NCBI GenBank assembly: GCA_023645945.1
Contig: JALAIB010000069.1
Span: 1 to 36,120, forward strand
Length of the DNA stretch: 36,120 bases
Direction of reading: 5' to 3'
From: Diploschistes diacapsis
Taxonomy: Eukaryota
Part shown: piece by piece, positions 1 to 12,278 of the stretch
Layout: each line of letters begins with the position of its first letter
Numbering within the stretch: position 1 is the stretch's first letter
Translations under genes and position numbers: made by a program
Notes under the pieces: generated by a model
Seen by the model: only the letters and a program-made list of their open reading frames with translations
What the model was told of the DNA's origin: nothing
The model's database searches: none

Positions 1-2171
1 CCATTGGGGTTGTTACTGGGATGTAGGATTTGGGGTAAGAATGGGGTAGGAATCAAGGTCCGGCTGCTAGGCTGGAAGAGGGCGGGCTGGGACAGGTGTG
101 GAAAATGATTTGGGATAAACGCTAGTGTGGATTGAAAGATATGGGAAAGTAGGAGATAGAAGGAGTTTATCTTGAAGAAGTAAGAGATGAAAACATTCGA
201 AATGCATATGCCTTACCTCTATCTTGGGGATGCGCTCACTCCAAACATCCCACATCTACGCTTCACTGGCCTCACACCGCTCGTTCATGCAATCCGGAAG
301 AGCAAGAAGCACGAGTTGGTCTCTCGATCGAGTATCTCGTAGTCGGATAGACTCGCGAGTGAAGCGCACATCCAGCGGCACGCCTCAAAGACGTGATGAC
401 CCAGAGGAACAATTCTTTCCTCAAACTTCTTAGCAGAAACGTCTTAACAAATCTTGGACTGCACCCGGTTTCAAAGACATCGCGAAAATCGGCTTCCATG
501 GTCTCTTTTCGTTCGAAGGCGTTGTTTCCGCTCGCTGCGCCATTTCATGTATGACACTCCGAGTACTCCACATCAAGAGGTATCAAGATTAAGGCAGCTC
601 TTGCGGGCTCAGGCATATCTAGGTGTACACTAGGTGTGCAAAACGCACGATTAGTTCAGGGAATTGTGAATATCAGACACAGCTGGGCTTTTCTATGGAA
701 GTGATAGGGAGGGGAGGTATCATTATTGAGAGACTTTTTAAACCTGCAACTGTCTAGGCAGAGTCTGTTTTGCAGTGATAACAACAGAAAATCAAGACAC
801 TATCTTGGTGTGCATATGTACCCAAAACCAAAGTAACTCATAGCAATGGGGTGGCTTCTCCAGGCACCTCGTTGGCAGCGAGGATTCGAAGGAAAAGAAT
901 CCCTTGTGCGGAGGTATGGTCTCCGTGAAAGTCTGGCGAGTTCACCAGCTACGTCGTAGCTGCCGTAGCTTGTAGTGTAGCTCTGGCGATGTGGGTGTTA
1001 AGTATCAATTCGACTGTTGCACGTATCGAACGAGTTGTTCCCTGTTTCGGGTTCGGTCTCAGACAAGCCGCGCCGTTAGGCTTGAAATGGGCGTGTAAAA
1101 CAATCTCTTAGGCGGAAGAGCAAGTTGCTTGTGCGATGGGACACATTTGGAAAGCCCACAGCTGGAACTCTGCATGAAGGAGAATATGAAGAATGAGGCT
1201 GGATAAGCGGTTTAAACTGAGATGGGTTGCCAACTGCTCACAGATCTTGTGCACACCAAGATTCAATACCTGGAAGTACTATTCCGATTCTCAAGTATTG
1301 TGCACATCGAAATGTCCCCCGCCCGCCACATGTAGCTTGCTTTTCTTTTCTGGCAAAGCACATTGAGTTGGGTCTGTTTATCATGGAGTTTTATTCAGGG
1401 ACTCTTCTGACAGCACTTCGATTCAGCTACCTTCAATATCGATATCTGCCCTCACTGACCCAAAAGTGGGAACCCAGAGCGCCCGTAATAGCCCCGTATC
1501 AAGGGCATCTGCAGATTATTAAACAGTTTTCTGCACCGTGAGCATCTCATTTCGATATGTTCCTTCAGTCACCCTTACTGGTCTTCATCAGACGCTCGGT
1601 AGGCCACCCACATATTTTTCACCCACACCGCCTTAAGAAGCACCCAAACCCGGCTTGACATGGACCAACTCTACGTACCCAACCAACGCACCCTTTCATC
1701 TTCCCCCAGCGTGCAAAAAATCTCCTGTCAAGCCCTTTTCTAGCCCTGATGGTGGCTCTCTCTAGCAATGCCTTCCACCTAGAACTATGGACCCTGTTTT
1801 GGAGGCCCTACCTCGTCGGCGACCACTTTAACCAACCACGCCTTCATGGTCCATGAGAAAGGTAGTGTTAAGGACCATCCATGCATAATCAATAGTAATT
1901 GGTTTGATAGAGACGACGCAAGGGTTGGCTTCTGGATCCCAGTGTTGACAGCGCCGGACATGAAGAGCAACTAGTTGAACGAGGGGTTTACGGACCTCGG
2001 CCATCAAGGTAATATGACTGGCGACCTATTTTACTTGAGGAGCAACAGTAGTATGCGATGGACAAGAATGGCCTGGCAGTTGAAGATGTACGAGAAGCAG
2101 TGCGACAGGAAGACGAGAGCCGGTATAGGTTGGAATCTTACCCCAGTGCACATGGGTTACGGCGGTGAAGG

Positions 2172-3419
2172 CTAAATGTACTTCTTTTCCGGGTCGAATC
2201 TGTCGAGAGCATCCATGGTCTTCTCGTACCTGCGGGCATTAGCACGACCCGACGATAATCAAGCACACCACTTACATAGTGAAGACAATCCCTCCACTCA
2301 ATATCAGTCGCGCCAGCCGTGGAACGGCGCCGGACCAGAACGTCAGAACGCCCTCGTCTCTGAAAATATGAGCCACGCAAGCGAAGCTATTCTTGTAATC
2401 TTTTTTGGCCTCAATTGACTGCATCCTCGTCTTGACAACATCCAGTGGCTGCGTGACATATCTACCTAGATTAGCGCAATTCCGACAGCGCCCCCTTACC
2501 TTACTTACACCGTGATAGTGCCCGCTATACCCCCCAACGCGAACGTGCTGAGAGCTCCCAGCTTCTCTCCCGGCGCAGCGTATCCCTGTGCAAACTGCTT
2601 CAGAGTGGTATAGCTCCCAAATCTAGTCGCAGAGTTTGCAGCCTGTCGCGCTGTCGTGGGCACAAAGCCTTGGAAGAAGCCCCTGATGCCCTTTTCGCGA
2701 GCTATCACAGATGTGCCGTGCAGGAAACCTCGCATGCGGGGCTTTGCCAATTTACGGTCATCGATGCTATAGAGATATATTAATATCCTCGTCATGTAGA
2801 CTTTGGGGAAGCGCACAGCTGAGTCTTGATACTCTCAAACGGGGTCACTGCAAGCAACGACTCCGTGATACCCGCCCCAAAGCCGGCAAGTACCGTGCCG
2901 GGCCCGGACAACTTGCCATCAGCGTCCGAGAGGAGGGATTTATACGAATCAAAGGCGACGAAGCCTTTGCCATGCGTCAGCCGTTCGTCCCAAGCCGGCC
3001 AGACGGCTAAACCCACGTATTCCAGCCTTCAATGAGTTTCCAATAATCAGGGTCGTACATCCGGCGTACCATTGCTTCCCGAACGGCGGCCATCCAAGCT
3101 TCTGTCCGTCCGGTAACCGTCTGTTAAGCTGCGATCTTGTCTTGGCAACTGATGCAGCAAGTTAGATGAGTCTCGCGAGCACGTAGCGGTGCTTACATTC
3201 TGCGGGATATGTGATTGCTAGTAGTAATTAGCACTGCAACCGAAGCCTGAGGGCCAGATCCGATCCCATACCAATCTCAACTGCTCCAGCGGTTGATCCA
3301 GCAATGATTGACCTCAGTGCGCTGGGCTTGTCGCAGTTCAGCTAGGCACCTTACGAGTTTCCTGACCGTAGGTGTCTTACCTTCTCCTTCTTTGAGGGTG
3401 TCTGGTTTTGTGCTGACAT
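2172..3419 (-). CDS. CTP1: Mitochondrial citrate/tricarboxylate carrier (SLC25 family), 8 exons
   Basis: Hand-spliced exons 3419-3381, 3326-3272, 3217-3197, 3148-3017, 2964-2817, 2766-2509, 2461-2276, 2229-2172, all GT-AG and in frame. Protein MSAQNQTPSKKEKPSALRSIIAGSTAGAVEIAITYPAEFAKTRSQL...PEKKYI*. Three carrier signatures: YPAEFAKTR, TPFESIKTQ, QPLDVVKTR. RQAANSATRF and GAVPRLARL are typical of citrate carriers. Confidence 0.93.
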
Positions 3420-3771
3420 GATTGTGTCAATTGCTCCGTACAATTGAGAGGAGCAGAGAATGTTTGAACCGAAATTTCCTCTCCGTCCTCGGCAGATATC
3501 CCCAATGGCTGCGGAGCGCTCCCCGGTGCCAGCTTCAGGCTTCAAAGGTTGAGCTCGTGCTCGGTAGGGCTGAACAGGGTTCTAAGCTCTACCGGCCGCA
3601 AAAAAAACTCCGGAGAAATCCACGTGCCATCAACACCTTCAATCCAACCTTAATCACGCCCTCCTCAAAGCGCCCACACAACCTCACAGCCACCCCTCAT
3701 ACGACCTCAAGTGCATCCACATCCTTCAAACGAAGATTGGCCCCCAAGAACCTTCCCGAGCGGCAGGCCCA
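3420..3771. promoter_or_regulatory. Short divergent intergenic region (probable bidirectional promoter) between CTP1 and uS17m
   Basis: 352 bp between two head-to-head start codons of genes for mitochondrial proteins. Contains an A-run near 3600-3607 and CACGTG at 3621-3626. Confidence 0.55.
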
Positions 3772-4239
3772 ATGCCCCTCCGCCCCGTCCCCTCCCTCAT
3801 CGGCGTCTGCGTGCGCTCCGGGACAATGGACAAAGCCGTCAAAGTGCGCACGACGAAGCAAAAGCTCGACTCCTACCTCGCCAAAACCTTCAAGGTTTAT
3901 CCCTCCTACCTGCTGCACGACCCCAACAACTCCGTGCGCACGGGCGACATCGTGCGCTTCCAGCAGTTTCCCGTGCCCACCCCGAGCAAGCGGATACGGC
4001 ACATGGTGACGGAGATTGTTAGCGCGTGCGGGCCGCGGGTGGAGGAGAGGCCGCCACTGATGAGTGAGGAGGAGAGGAAGAGGGTGCTAGGGGAGGTGGA
4101 GAGGAGGCAGGATGAGAAGAGGGCGAAGAAGGAGAGGGAGAAGGAAGAGATTTTGAGGAGGAGGGAGGAGGGGAGGGAGAGGGCGGCGCTTGCGGATTTG
4201 TTGGGTGGGGAGAATGTGGTTTTTGGATATACACATTGA
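3772..4239 (+). CDS. MRPS17: Mitochondrial small-subunit ribosomal protein uS17m
   Basis: Intronless 155-aa ORF with uS17 motifs LIGVCVRSGTMDKAVKVR, YLLHDPNNSVRTGDIV and SKRIRHMVTEIV, followed by a charged helical tail typical of fungal uS17m. Confidence 0.9.
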   Translation: MPLRPVPSLIGVCVRSGTMDKAVKVRTTKQKLDSYLAKTFKVYPSYLLHDPNNSVRTGDIVRFQQFPVPTPSKRIRHMVTEIVSACGPRVEERPPLMSEEERKRVLGEVERRQDEKRAKKEREKEEILRRREEGRERAALADLLGGENVVFGYTH

Positions 4240-5664
4240 AGCTGGGGCGTTGAAAAAGAGGAGAAGAGAAGAAAGCGAGAGGGATTGACGAGAGAAAGAA
4301 GAAACAAGCGCTGAAATACAAGATGTAGTATAGATATATGAACCTCGTTGCTCTGTGAGTTGTTTAAAGAAAACCCTCCCTCCTTTTCCAAGCGTCGACT
4401 CAGTATGATGTGGCAAAGTACGTGGACCATTGTAGCCCGGATTGCCGGTTTATCGACCATAGAGCTCGGTATGTACATACCTGCCAAACCTCACCGGCCC
4501 TCTATATCCCATGAGCATATCACTTCGCCCATCTTCTTGCCACGCAGTATCCTCGCACCCTCGCACCCCATACCCCCTCCACGTCTAACCTACCTCCTAA
4601 TACCTACCATCTTGCACCACACACCGGGCCGCCAACTTCGCTAGCCAAGCCAACACAGCTGTACAGGTCCATAAATTACCACCCCCCTCATCGCCCCTTT
4701 CTTGAGCTCTGGGGTCGTACTCAAAGATGGCCAGCCATGAACATATACATGCACACATGCACATATAGATATGTTTTGCTCTCGTCTCGTACACCAACTA
4801 CTTGGTGTAGCTGAGCATCCAGCTCGAGATCGGCCCATGGACCTCGGACCTCGACTCGGGGAGAGGAGGGGAGGGGAAAGGGTCGATCGAGCGAGGCAGG
4901 AGACTTGGTTTTGTTTTTGGATTATCTTTTCTGCGGAAGGGGGAAGGAGGGCCTGGTGGGGTGATTGGGTGGTTGAGGAATAAAGCAAGGGTAGCAGATA
5001 CACGGCGTGGTGTAACCTGCATTTGCGGTAGTTGGTAAAATGGGTTGGTTGAGTAAGAAGCAGGAGCTCAGTTAAAGGGCAGACTTGACAGGAACAAAGA
5101 GCAGAAATGGGGGCAAGCGAGGACACACTTGAGTACATGGGGTCAGATGAGAAGTGAGAGCAGTAGTAGCTGTGAAATTCCAAGCCGCTGATGGTGGTGA
5201 TGATGATGACGATGATGGTATCTTACAGCTCCAACCTGCAATGCCCCCTTATTTCCTCATGTGTTTGACTTCCTGGCGAGGTATCGCAGGCACTTGCACA
5301 CGATGCACAGGGCCAGAAAGCCCCAACGACCCAACCTTGTCCAACCCACAAACCTTCCAATACCCATCTCATGAAGTCATCGTCGTTAGATAGAGCCAAT
5401 TGCAATATGTATGCCCAAAAAAGCCTGTAAACGCCATGCCTTTGCTAAAAACGCAATACTCGAATTTGCAACGCTGTAATATAGAGATTGCAGGAGGAAG
5501 CGAACCAAAGTCTAATGGATGTATCGCGAGCTTTTTGCCTGCCTCCCAATCGCTTTAAGAAGAGTGCAGGAATGAATCTCAATTGAAAACGTGGGTATCA
5601 AAAAGTGAGTGTAGAAACAAAAAAACTTAGCGGAACCAGCAGGGGAAAACGCCGACAGGAAGCT

Positions 5665-7421
5665 TCAACACTCGCTCTCATATCGTTCTTGAGGTTCGAC
5701 AGTCGTATTGTGATGCTCTCTGGCAGCCTGCGCGATTCCCGCCGAGGAATCCGGCTCCGGAGTTTGTGCCATGGCCACCTCATAACTCGGCGCTGGTGGT
5801 CTCGGCGAGATCTGTCTGGGTATTGAGGCGTCCGAGTCGCTAGTGTCGGAGCGTGAATGCGGACTATGTCGCGGACTTGTGTAATCAGGTGGTGGGATAG
5901 AAAACTCGTGCTGAGGTATGAGCTCTTGCTGTGGGTGCTGCTGCTGCTGTTGTTGTTGTTGCTGCTGCTGCTGAAACGAAGATATCTGATCCGGAATTTG
6001 TCGCTGGATTCCAAGACCCATGTCGGAGCGATCGGCTCCCGCGCTGCTGCTGGTTCCTTCCCCCACATCCTCATTCGAAGCCACATGCACTAGCTGCGCT
6101 AGTGAGATATCTGTCGGTGAACGGACCGGCCCTGGGCTGGTTGGCCCGCCTGTGACGGGTGCATATCTGCTTCTTGTCCGTCCATGCCTGGGCTCATGGT
6201 TAAACGGCGCCTGCCGCTGTTGAGGCTCATTACCTCCTGCCTCCAGCAGGATGCTACCTTGTTCGCTGCCGTATGGTGGCGGTGGGGCTAGGCTACCCGT
6301 CATTGGGGCAAGACCCCACTTCTTGACGATCGCTTCTATAAAGACGAATCCACTTTGACCAAAGTTGACATGCACGGTACAGGGACCGTTAGCGCCGACT
6401 GTAGGAAAGAAGTTCTGCGTCTTAAGACCATGAGCAACATCATCTAATTTCTTCCCATTGCGAGTGAAGAAGACCGTGCCTGTTCGTGGTCGATATCCTA
6501 TACCGATAACATCTCCTTGCACATATTCAGGACCGTAGGCTGTCGGCGTAAATGGCTGGTTGAAGCGACGATGACCATCCGAAGTGTAAGCTAGAGATGT
6601 TTTATGCCACCCTACTTGCGTCAGCAGGAAACTTCCTAGAGGCACATGTTCGGATTACCTGGTAACCGGAATAATGGATAAGGTTTTGTCGTCATCCCAA
6701 TGCTAATTAATGTCGTTTCAGGCTTATCGTATATTTTTGCCTCCCAATAATAGACCTCATTCTGCTTCGGGATGGGCAAGTTGCTTTGTACACTGCATTC
6801 AGAGTCGAAGAATTCGATCTCTGTCCGCGCCTCCACAAAACAGTTGGCGATCTCCAACTCCGGCTCGAACTCCCAAGCCGAAACGCCCTTCTCTTGTATG
6901 GCGAGGAACTGCGACAGCGATATATCGGTCTGAAACGACTCGGGAGGATTTGCTTGTATAAATGCTGTAGCGAAATATCAGTATATCAATTTCGTTCCAA
7001 TGCTTCCGCCCTAAAAAAGTATGTGGAACTACATACCCTTGGCGCGTTGATATTCAGCCCGCTGCATATCATCCATCGTTTCCATCGCTTCCGCCTCTTC
7101 TCGCAACAATGCTTGTTCGTCATCATACTGACCCGGCCTTCCCATGCGGTCTAAAAATATCCTGCCTCGCGTTGTATTTCGGAAGAAGTATATCAGGGCA
7201 ATAACGATGGCGATGAGTATGGCGAAGCTCGAGGCGGAGAGCATTCCGATGAGAATGCCCCTGCCGGTTGATCCATCGTCCATTTCGACGACTTCCGTCA
7301 TTCGTGACCTACCATGGTGGCCGACTGCCCTTGCTGGTATGGAGGTAATGCCTAATCGCGGTGTCGCATGAGGCTGATGTAATGACGTGGAGAAGCTTGA
7401 CGATGCTGCCATGATGAACAT
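5665..7421 (-). CDS. SSH4: SSH4/EAR1-type single-pass SPRY-domain Rsp5 (Nedd4) adaptor, 3 exons
   Basis: Exons 7421(or 7412)-7037, 6964-6659, 6611-5665. N-terminal TM helix (ILIGMLSASSFAILIAIVIALIYFF), then IQEKGVSAWEFEP, EVYYWEAKIYDKP, KPYPLFRLPGWHKTSLAYTSDG, GDVIGIGYRPRTGTVFFTRNGKKL and PPxY motifs (PPPPY, PPDY). Confidence 0.9.
5938..5973 (-). repeat. Coding trinucleotide repeat (CAG)4(CAA)4(CAG)4 encoding Q12 in SSH4
   Basis: Plus strand reads (CTG)4(TTG)4(CTG)4. Confidence 0.9.
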
Positions 7422-8249
7422 TATCTTGATGAACGCGGAGACATTTGTGTGTAAAGTAATCTCAGATAAAGGATCTTACAGAGCAAACAGTAAGCCGGTA
7501 GAGGACCAATAACTTGTGGTGAGGATGTGGTGGGAATGCGTTGACCTGGCTGGCGGATATGTAGTGATGATTCCTGTGGAGAGAGCTTGGCAACGAGCCC
7601 TGTGAGGATGCAGTGGAAGCTAATAATAATAGTAGGGCGGCGACTGGCCGAGTGCTGGTGGATCTCTGTGACTAAGCCGGATTGGGTATATTCTAACTCC
7701 AATGTTTTATATTGCTATCAAAGCAATATTCAAATCGGCACTGACTTTTTCTGATCAAGTAGCGAGGTTGATATTCCTTAAAGTCCTTCGGGAAAGCCTC
7801 GCTATGTCATATGCTTTGATATCCGTGAACATGCTACAGGCTTGCGTCCATGTGCATTGCCATGCACCAGAGAAACTATTTACGTGGTTCTTCGCGCATA
7901 GCACCTTATAAGTATCTATCGAATTACCGTCTTCATTCAAACCGGTGGAGCCCCCTCGATGGTTTCCTCATGTGCGAAGCGCTACTTTATTTCCCCCCTT
8001 TTCTTACCTCAATTGCTGTCTACATCATTACGAATTTCTTGACCATAGTTCTTTACTGCCTATTGCTATCTGATTTCTATTTGCGTTCAGTGACAGGGCT
8101 AAAGGGAATAGAGTTGATGAGCTACAGGCAGAGGATACCAATATCAATCATTCCGAGGGAAGCGCACATGCGCCGGAAGCTCATGAGAGTACCAATGCAC
8201 CACGGTATCATCTGTTGCCAGATGGTCCATAGGCGCGTGTTAGTAAAGC

Positions 8250-9648
8250 TTGCTAAGAAGCCCTGCTAAGTGCACAAGTCATCTGAGATACCAGCGGTCC
8301 GAAATCACTCCAGACACTAATCCACCCTATCTGAGTGAGTCGAAAGAGAAGAGAACGGTTCTAAGTAGTTGGAGAGTTAGCCGAAGTCTACTGACATTCG
8401 TCTGTACACTTACTTCTGGTACTTGCTGTCGCCCTTGGTGTAGGCCTCGGCGTTCGGCTTCACGATAGACCACGATTATCGAACGATAATTGTCAAAATA
8501 TTTCAACGAATACCTCTAACCCTAATCCCACTACTACTCCAGCTACTCCTTCATTGCAACCTGGTGCCTTGAATGGCGCTTATTTATCCGCAAGTCAACC
8601 TTCAAAGGGCAATAAGCACCTTTCCTTCCAGTATTTCAACAGCAGCATTGGGCATGCATTCTATATACAAGATCCACGGGCTGGATGTTACAACCAGCCT
8701 TGTTCCTATAAAAACCAACCTCGAATCAACACTGATTGCTGCGATTTCTGTCAGCCAAGGATCTACAGAGGGACTGTTCATAAATGTATACCATGTCGAT
8801 ATCAATAACGCACTTGCTGTTACTCAGTACAATCCCGATGGTCTTATTAAAGATATGCCACAGAATTATCCCGCCCTCATGGATCAAACTTTCCTATCGC
8901 GACGACCATCAACAGCTTGAGTATCTGCAAAATGTCTCCCAACGCCTCTGTGGGTCCCTACAATGAGTATCTGGACGAATTATTCCTCTTTTATGGAAGC
9001 CCATCCCAAAACCTGACCGTCCTGCATGGCTTATCTTATCCGTCCCAAACCTCATCCGATGGGGACTTGGCAATTCCAGGACGTGAGTCAGGTTTGGTAC
9101 GATAATTTTGCCAGCGCCTGGATAGGCTGGTCTGCGCCCCTATCTCGATAATTGCTAACGACTCAACCTGCGCAGGGGCCTTCTTTAAGCTCAGACTTGC
9201 CAGCAACTAGCAGGTGGTGCCTAATACGGTTCCGAACTTTCAACCTTCGAACTTCTCAACACTAGGTAAGTTGAAAAGGTTCATCAATTCATGTGACTGC
9301 GTTAACAAGCCTCGGCCAATAGTAGCTGGAAAGGTCTTACTAGTTGCCGACTTAGAACTGGAGTCCGCAAAGTTTCAATTTTTAGATATTCAAGATTTCA
9401 GTCAGCCTTAGCCAATACCTTGAGCGATCTTCCACCAGGAATATCTAGTGTTGTATGGAACAGAACCCTGTGGATCGGCTCTGACATCTCGCCTAGCTCA
9501 CCTTTCCCCCTTTGGCCGTCTTACTTGCATCTTCACCAACAGTCCAGACTTTATATATCACTAGCTCAATGAAAGCACGTTCCTGGAAGAAATCGGTACG
9601 GGTGATGGATAGGGTACCTCAAATGTCATCCAAGTTCCTGGCATTTGA
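8250..9648 (+). pseudogene. Disrupted gene for a single-pass membrane protein with a lectin/beta-propeller-like ectodomain
   Basis: Protein-like segments fall in different frames: EKRTVLSSWRVSRSLLTFVCT / LLLVLAVALGVGLGVRL...GALNGAYLSA...SFQYFNSSIGH (8401 onward) / TLIAAISVSQG...INVYHVDINNAL / LFLFYGSPSQNLTVL / PFP-FGRLT...FIYH*LNESTFLEE...G*GTSNVIQVPGI*. Several frameshifts and an in-frame TAG at 9562-9564. Family resemblance is from memory; boundaries are approximate. Confidence 0.5.
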
Positions 9649-9801
9649 TGTGTTTGGGGATCTCGAATCATTTTGTCTTTCAACAGTTAGAGAATCAAAT
9701 CTTGTCATTCCGCAACGAACCCGCACGAAACTAGCTACCTGCTAAGCCTGGAGCCAAAAACTCTACCGACGTAGGCAGCGATTCGACGTGATCCTGTAGC
9801 A

Positions 9802-10385
9802 TCATTCCCCACAGATCCCAGCACTCTGCATAACCATCACTGCTACTTGGACCTTCACGAACGCCCACAGAGAATCCTCTCCCTCGCTCGTCCTAAACAG
9901 CCTCTGCCCATCCCCCGCAACCTCTCTATTGCGAAGCACCCAACGAAACACCCCATATGGTGTCCTCAGCAGGTAGCCCACGACCCGGTGTTTTTCCCGC
10001 GCACACAAGTACTCATTTCGCCTGTACTCCTCAGCAAGGCGGTAGGGCCCCCCCCCCCGTTGTCATCACGGCCCAGGTATGCCCCCTCATGCTTGAATCA
10101 GGACCACCCGGTCCCTTCTCGACACATGTCCAGCGGCAGCTCTCGCTCGTGCCCACGATTTCAAAAGTCTCCTAGTTGGGACGTGTCCGGCCCCTGTTCA
10201 CGCCGGTTGCCCCGACCGCTATCGCCATGTCGAATCACACATGTCTCGCCGGGGCCGGGGGCACAGCTCCAGGATCGCCCGGGTTGGTGCCGCAAGGCGT
10301 CTGCTTCGAAGTCGTTGGCGACGGTCGTGTGGGTCTGGGGGGGTGTTCATGTCGAGTTGATGGACTGGTCGTCGTCGCGGCCATT
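9802..10385 (-). pseudogene. Frameshifted member of an uncharacterised small fungal protein family (PxPGxTxxIR...WxCVEKxGW...YLGxD...EYxCAR...GYLL)
   Basis: Minus-strand pieces in different frames: SCAPGPGETCVIRHGDSGR / SCRWTCVEKG / GWS*FKHEGAYLGRDDNGGG / PYRLAEEYRRNEYLCAREKHRVVGYLLRTPYG...WAFVKV. One shift falls in an 11-C run at 10048-10058. Motif order matches a family of hypothetical Pezizomycotina proteins recalled from memory. Confidence 0.5.
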
Positions 10386-10752
10386 TCGGCGCCGTTCTGG
10401 TTGACGTTTGCTGTCTGTGTTTCAATCGATGTAGAGATGAAACCTCTGAATGGGTATCGAATCAAGAGATGGGATGGATATTTTCGATTGTGTACGTTCT
10501 TTGGGAGCTGAGATAGGAAAAGCTCTCGTAATGAGCCGCTCTTCACATATATACTATGTGCACTGTTAATGGGTAGAGACGATAACGACTTAACATCGTG
10601 GGGTACCGAAGATAGATGGATTGAGCTCTGGCTCGATTCAAGTTTTGGGTTAAAGAATAGAAGTATGCGACGTAGAAATTATTTTCGCCCATTTTTTAAT
10701 GACTTAGACACTGTTCAATTATTATCATTACAATTACCGGACAGTCAACCCA

Positions 10753-11757
10753 TTAAGCCTTCTTTTTTCTCGGCAATCCAGCTTTCCTCCGCGCCGCGCG
10801 GTCGCCCTCGGCCAGCCACCTACTCGCATTGACAAGCTGGACAACATTGATGAACTGTTTGCCAAGCATAACGATGACCGAAATCCCAGCAAGAATCCAG
10901 GGCCACTTAGAGTCAATCTTGTTGGCACGAGCCAGCTCGAGTGCTCCAGCACTGTACGGGTTCGGAAAGAGCTTGGAGAGGGTGGGATGCGCTGGGCTCC
11001 CTGGCTGAGCCGACCGGAGAGTCTCACCCGGCGGCTGGAGAAGGGACGGCGAAAGCGTGGGCGAGGAGAAGGAGAGAAGATAGAGAGAGATCCAGAATAG
11101 CTCGTTGAAGGCGCAAAAGGTGAAGAGAACGGTCTGCTTTGATTAATCCTTATTGCGCTAGGACATGGCAGTAGTGACATACCTTGTTCGTGTAATAAAG
11201 ATTCAAGACCCTGCTTCGACTCGAGGCCACCTTCTTATGACTCTGACCCTTGCCGGCCATAGTCAAGGTTGCAAACATGTGCATGTAGTGGCTGGCAAGA
11301 TCCAGGCTGATAAGCGCCTGGAACACGAGCGACCACCGTGGCCATGCTTGGCTCAAAAAGACCAGCAAGCAAGTTGTCGTGCAACGATCCGTCACCATAT
11401 CCAGCACTCCACCAAACTGCGTCGACTGTTCGAAATACCGAGCTGCGTAACCGTCGAGCGCATCGAGCAAGCAGGACACGGTGTATAGGGCAGAGCACGT
11501 TCGCGGATGTAGGGGCATGTAGTAGAGAGAAGCCAATGCTAGGACAATGCGGAAGTACCCTGTCGGGATTAGTTTCACGCGGATACTACTTTTCACTCGC
11601 ACTAACCTATCAGATTTGGCCAGAAAATGAAAATGTTCTCCTCGGTATCCAGATCTCTTAGTGTCTCCGCTTCTTCAAAGTGGACGTGGCCATTGACTCT
11701 CTTATCTAGCGTAGTCTCTTCTTTCCTCGCTTTGCTCCTTGTTTTTATCCCCTCCAT
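10753..11757 (-). CDS. PIS1: CDP-diacylglycerol--inositol 3-phosphatidyltransferase (phosphatidylinositol synthase), 3 exons
   Basis: Exons 11757-11607, 11559-11183, 11133-10753. ENIFIFWPNLIGYFRI, the CDP-alcohol phosphotransferase motif LLDALDGYAARYFEQSTQFGGVLDMVTDR, LDLASHYMHM, FCAFNELF and KQFINVVQL. Confidence 0.95.
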
Positions 11758-12278
11758 CTTCGAATATCTTTCTCGACCCGGAGGTCCCCAAGGTACTATA
11801 GAAGCTTGTTGAGGTTGGCAAGAAGTTTTCGCCAGGAACTCTACACAGTGGTTCAGAGCTTATCAATAGTACCCCCAGGCTTCCACAATTGAGTGCTTCC
11901 GCTTGCGATACGCGTCCACGGGTCTCAACTTTCTTTGATAGGCAGCCTAGGAGCTCTCTGTCCTCCATCAAACGCGACTCAAAAACATACGTGAATGCTG
12001 CTGGATTGGATCCCTGAGAAAGAAGATAAGTTCGAAAGTAGGGTAGCCTCCAGAATTCCTGCCAGTATGAATCTAAAGTTCTTTTGAGCTGCGGAGAAAG
12101 TTTGATTCTGATTGGGTGTTTACCTCAACAGCGCTAAAAGCTCGCTCGTACGTCATTGTTGAGTAGTTAGTTTCCAACAACAACTTCCATATAGTATTAG
12201 ATCGTCAGATCTCAACGCCATTGAGATGGCATTGGGTCGGGATCAACGCCTAGATTGCATTTCGAATCTTGAATAGAG

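Noticed and set aside
1..2171. Short ORFs (67-255, 224-433, 272-499, 1227-1541, 1785-1970, 1975-2175) and a C-rich to purine-rich stretch at ~1560-2170 that might be a gene relic
   Set aside because: No recognisable motifs and no consistent splice model; I cannot support a gene or pseudogene call.
3422..4487. Long ORFs overlapping uS17m (3422-4009 +, 3906-4487 -, 4019-4321 -, 4087-4416 -)
   Set aside because: Low-complexity Pro/Ser/Leu translations caused by the skewed composition of the real gene; alternative-frame or antisense shadows.
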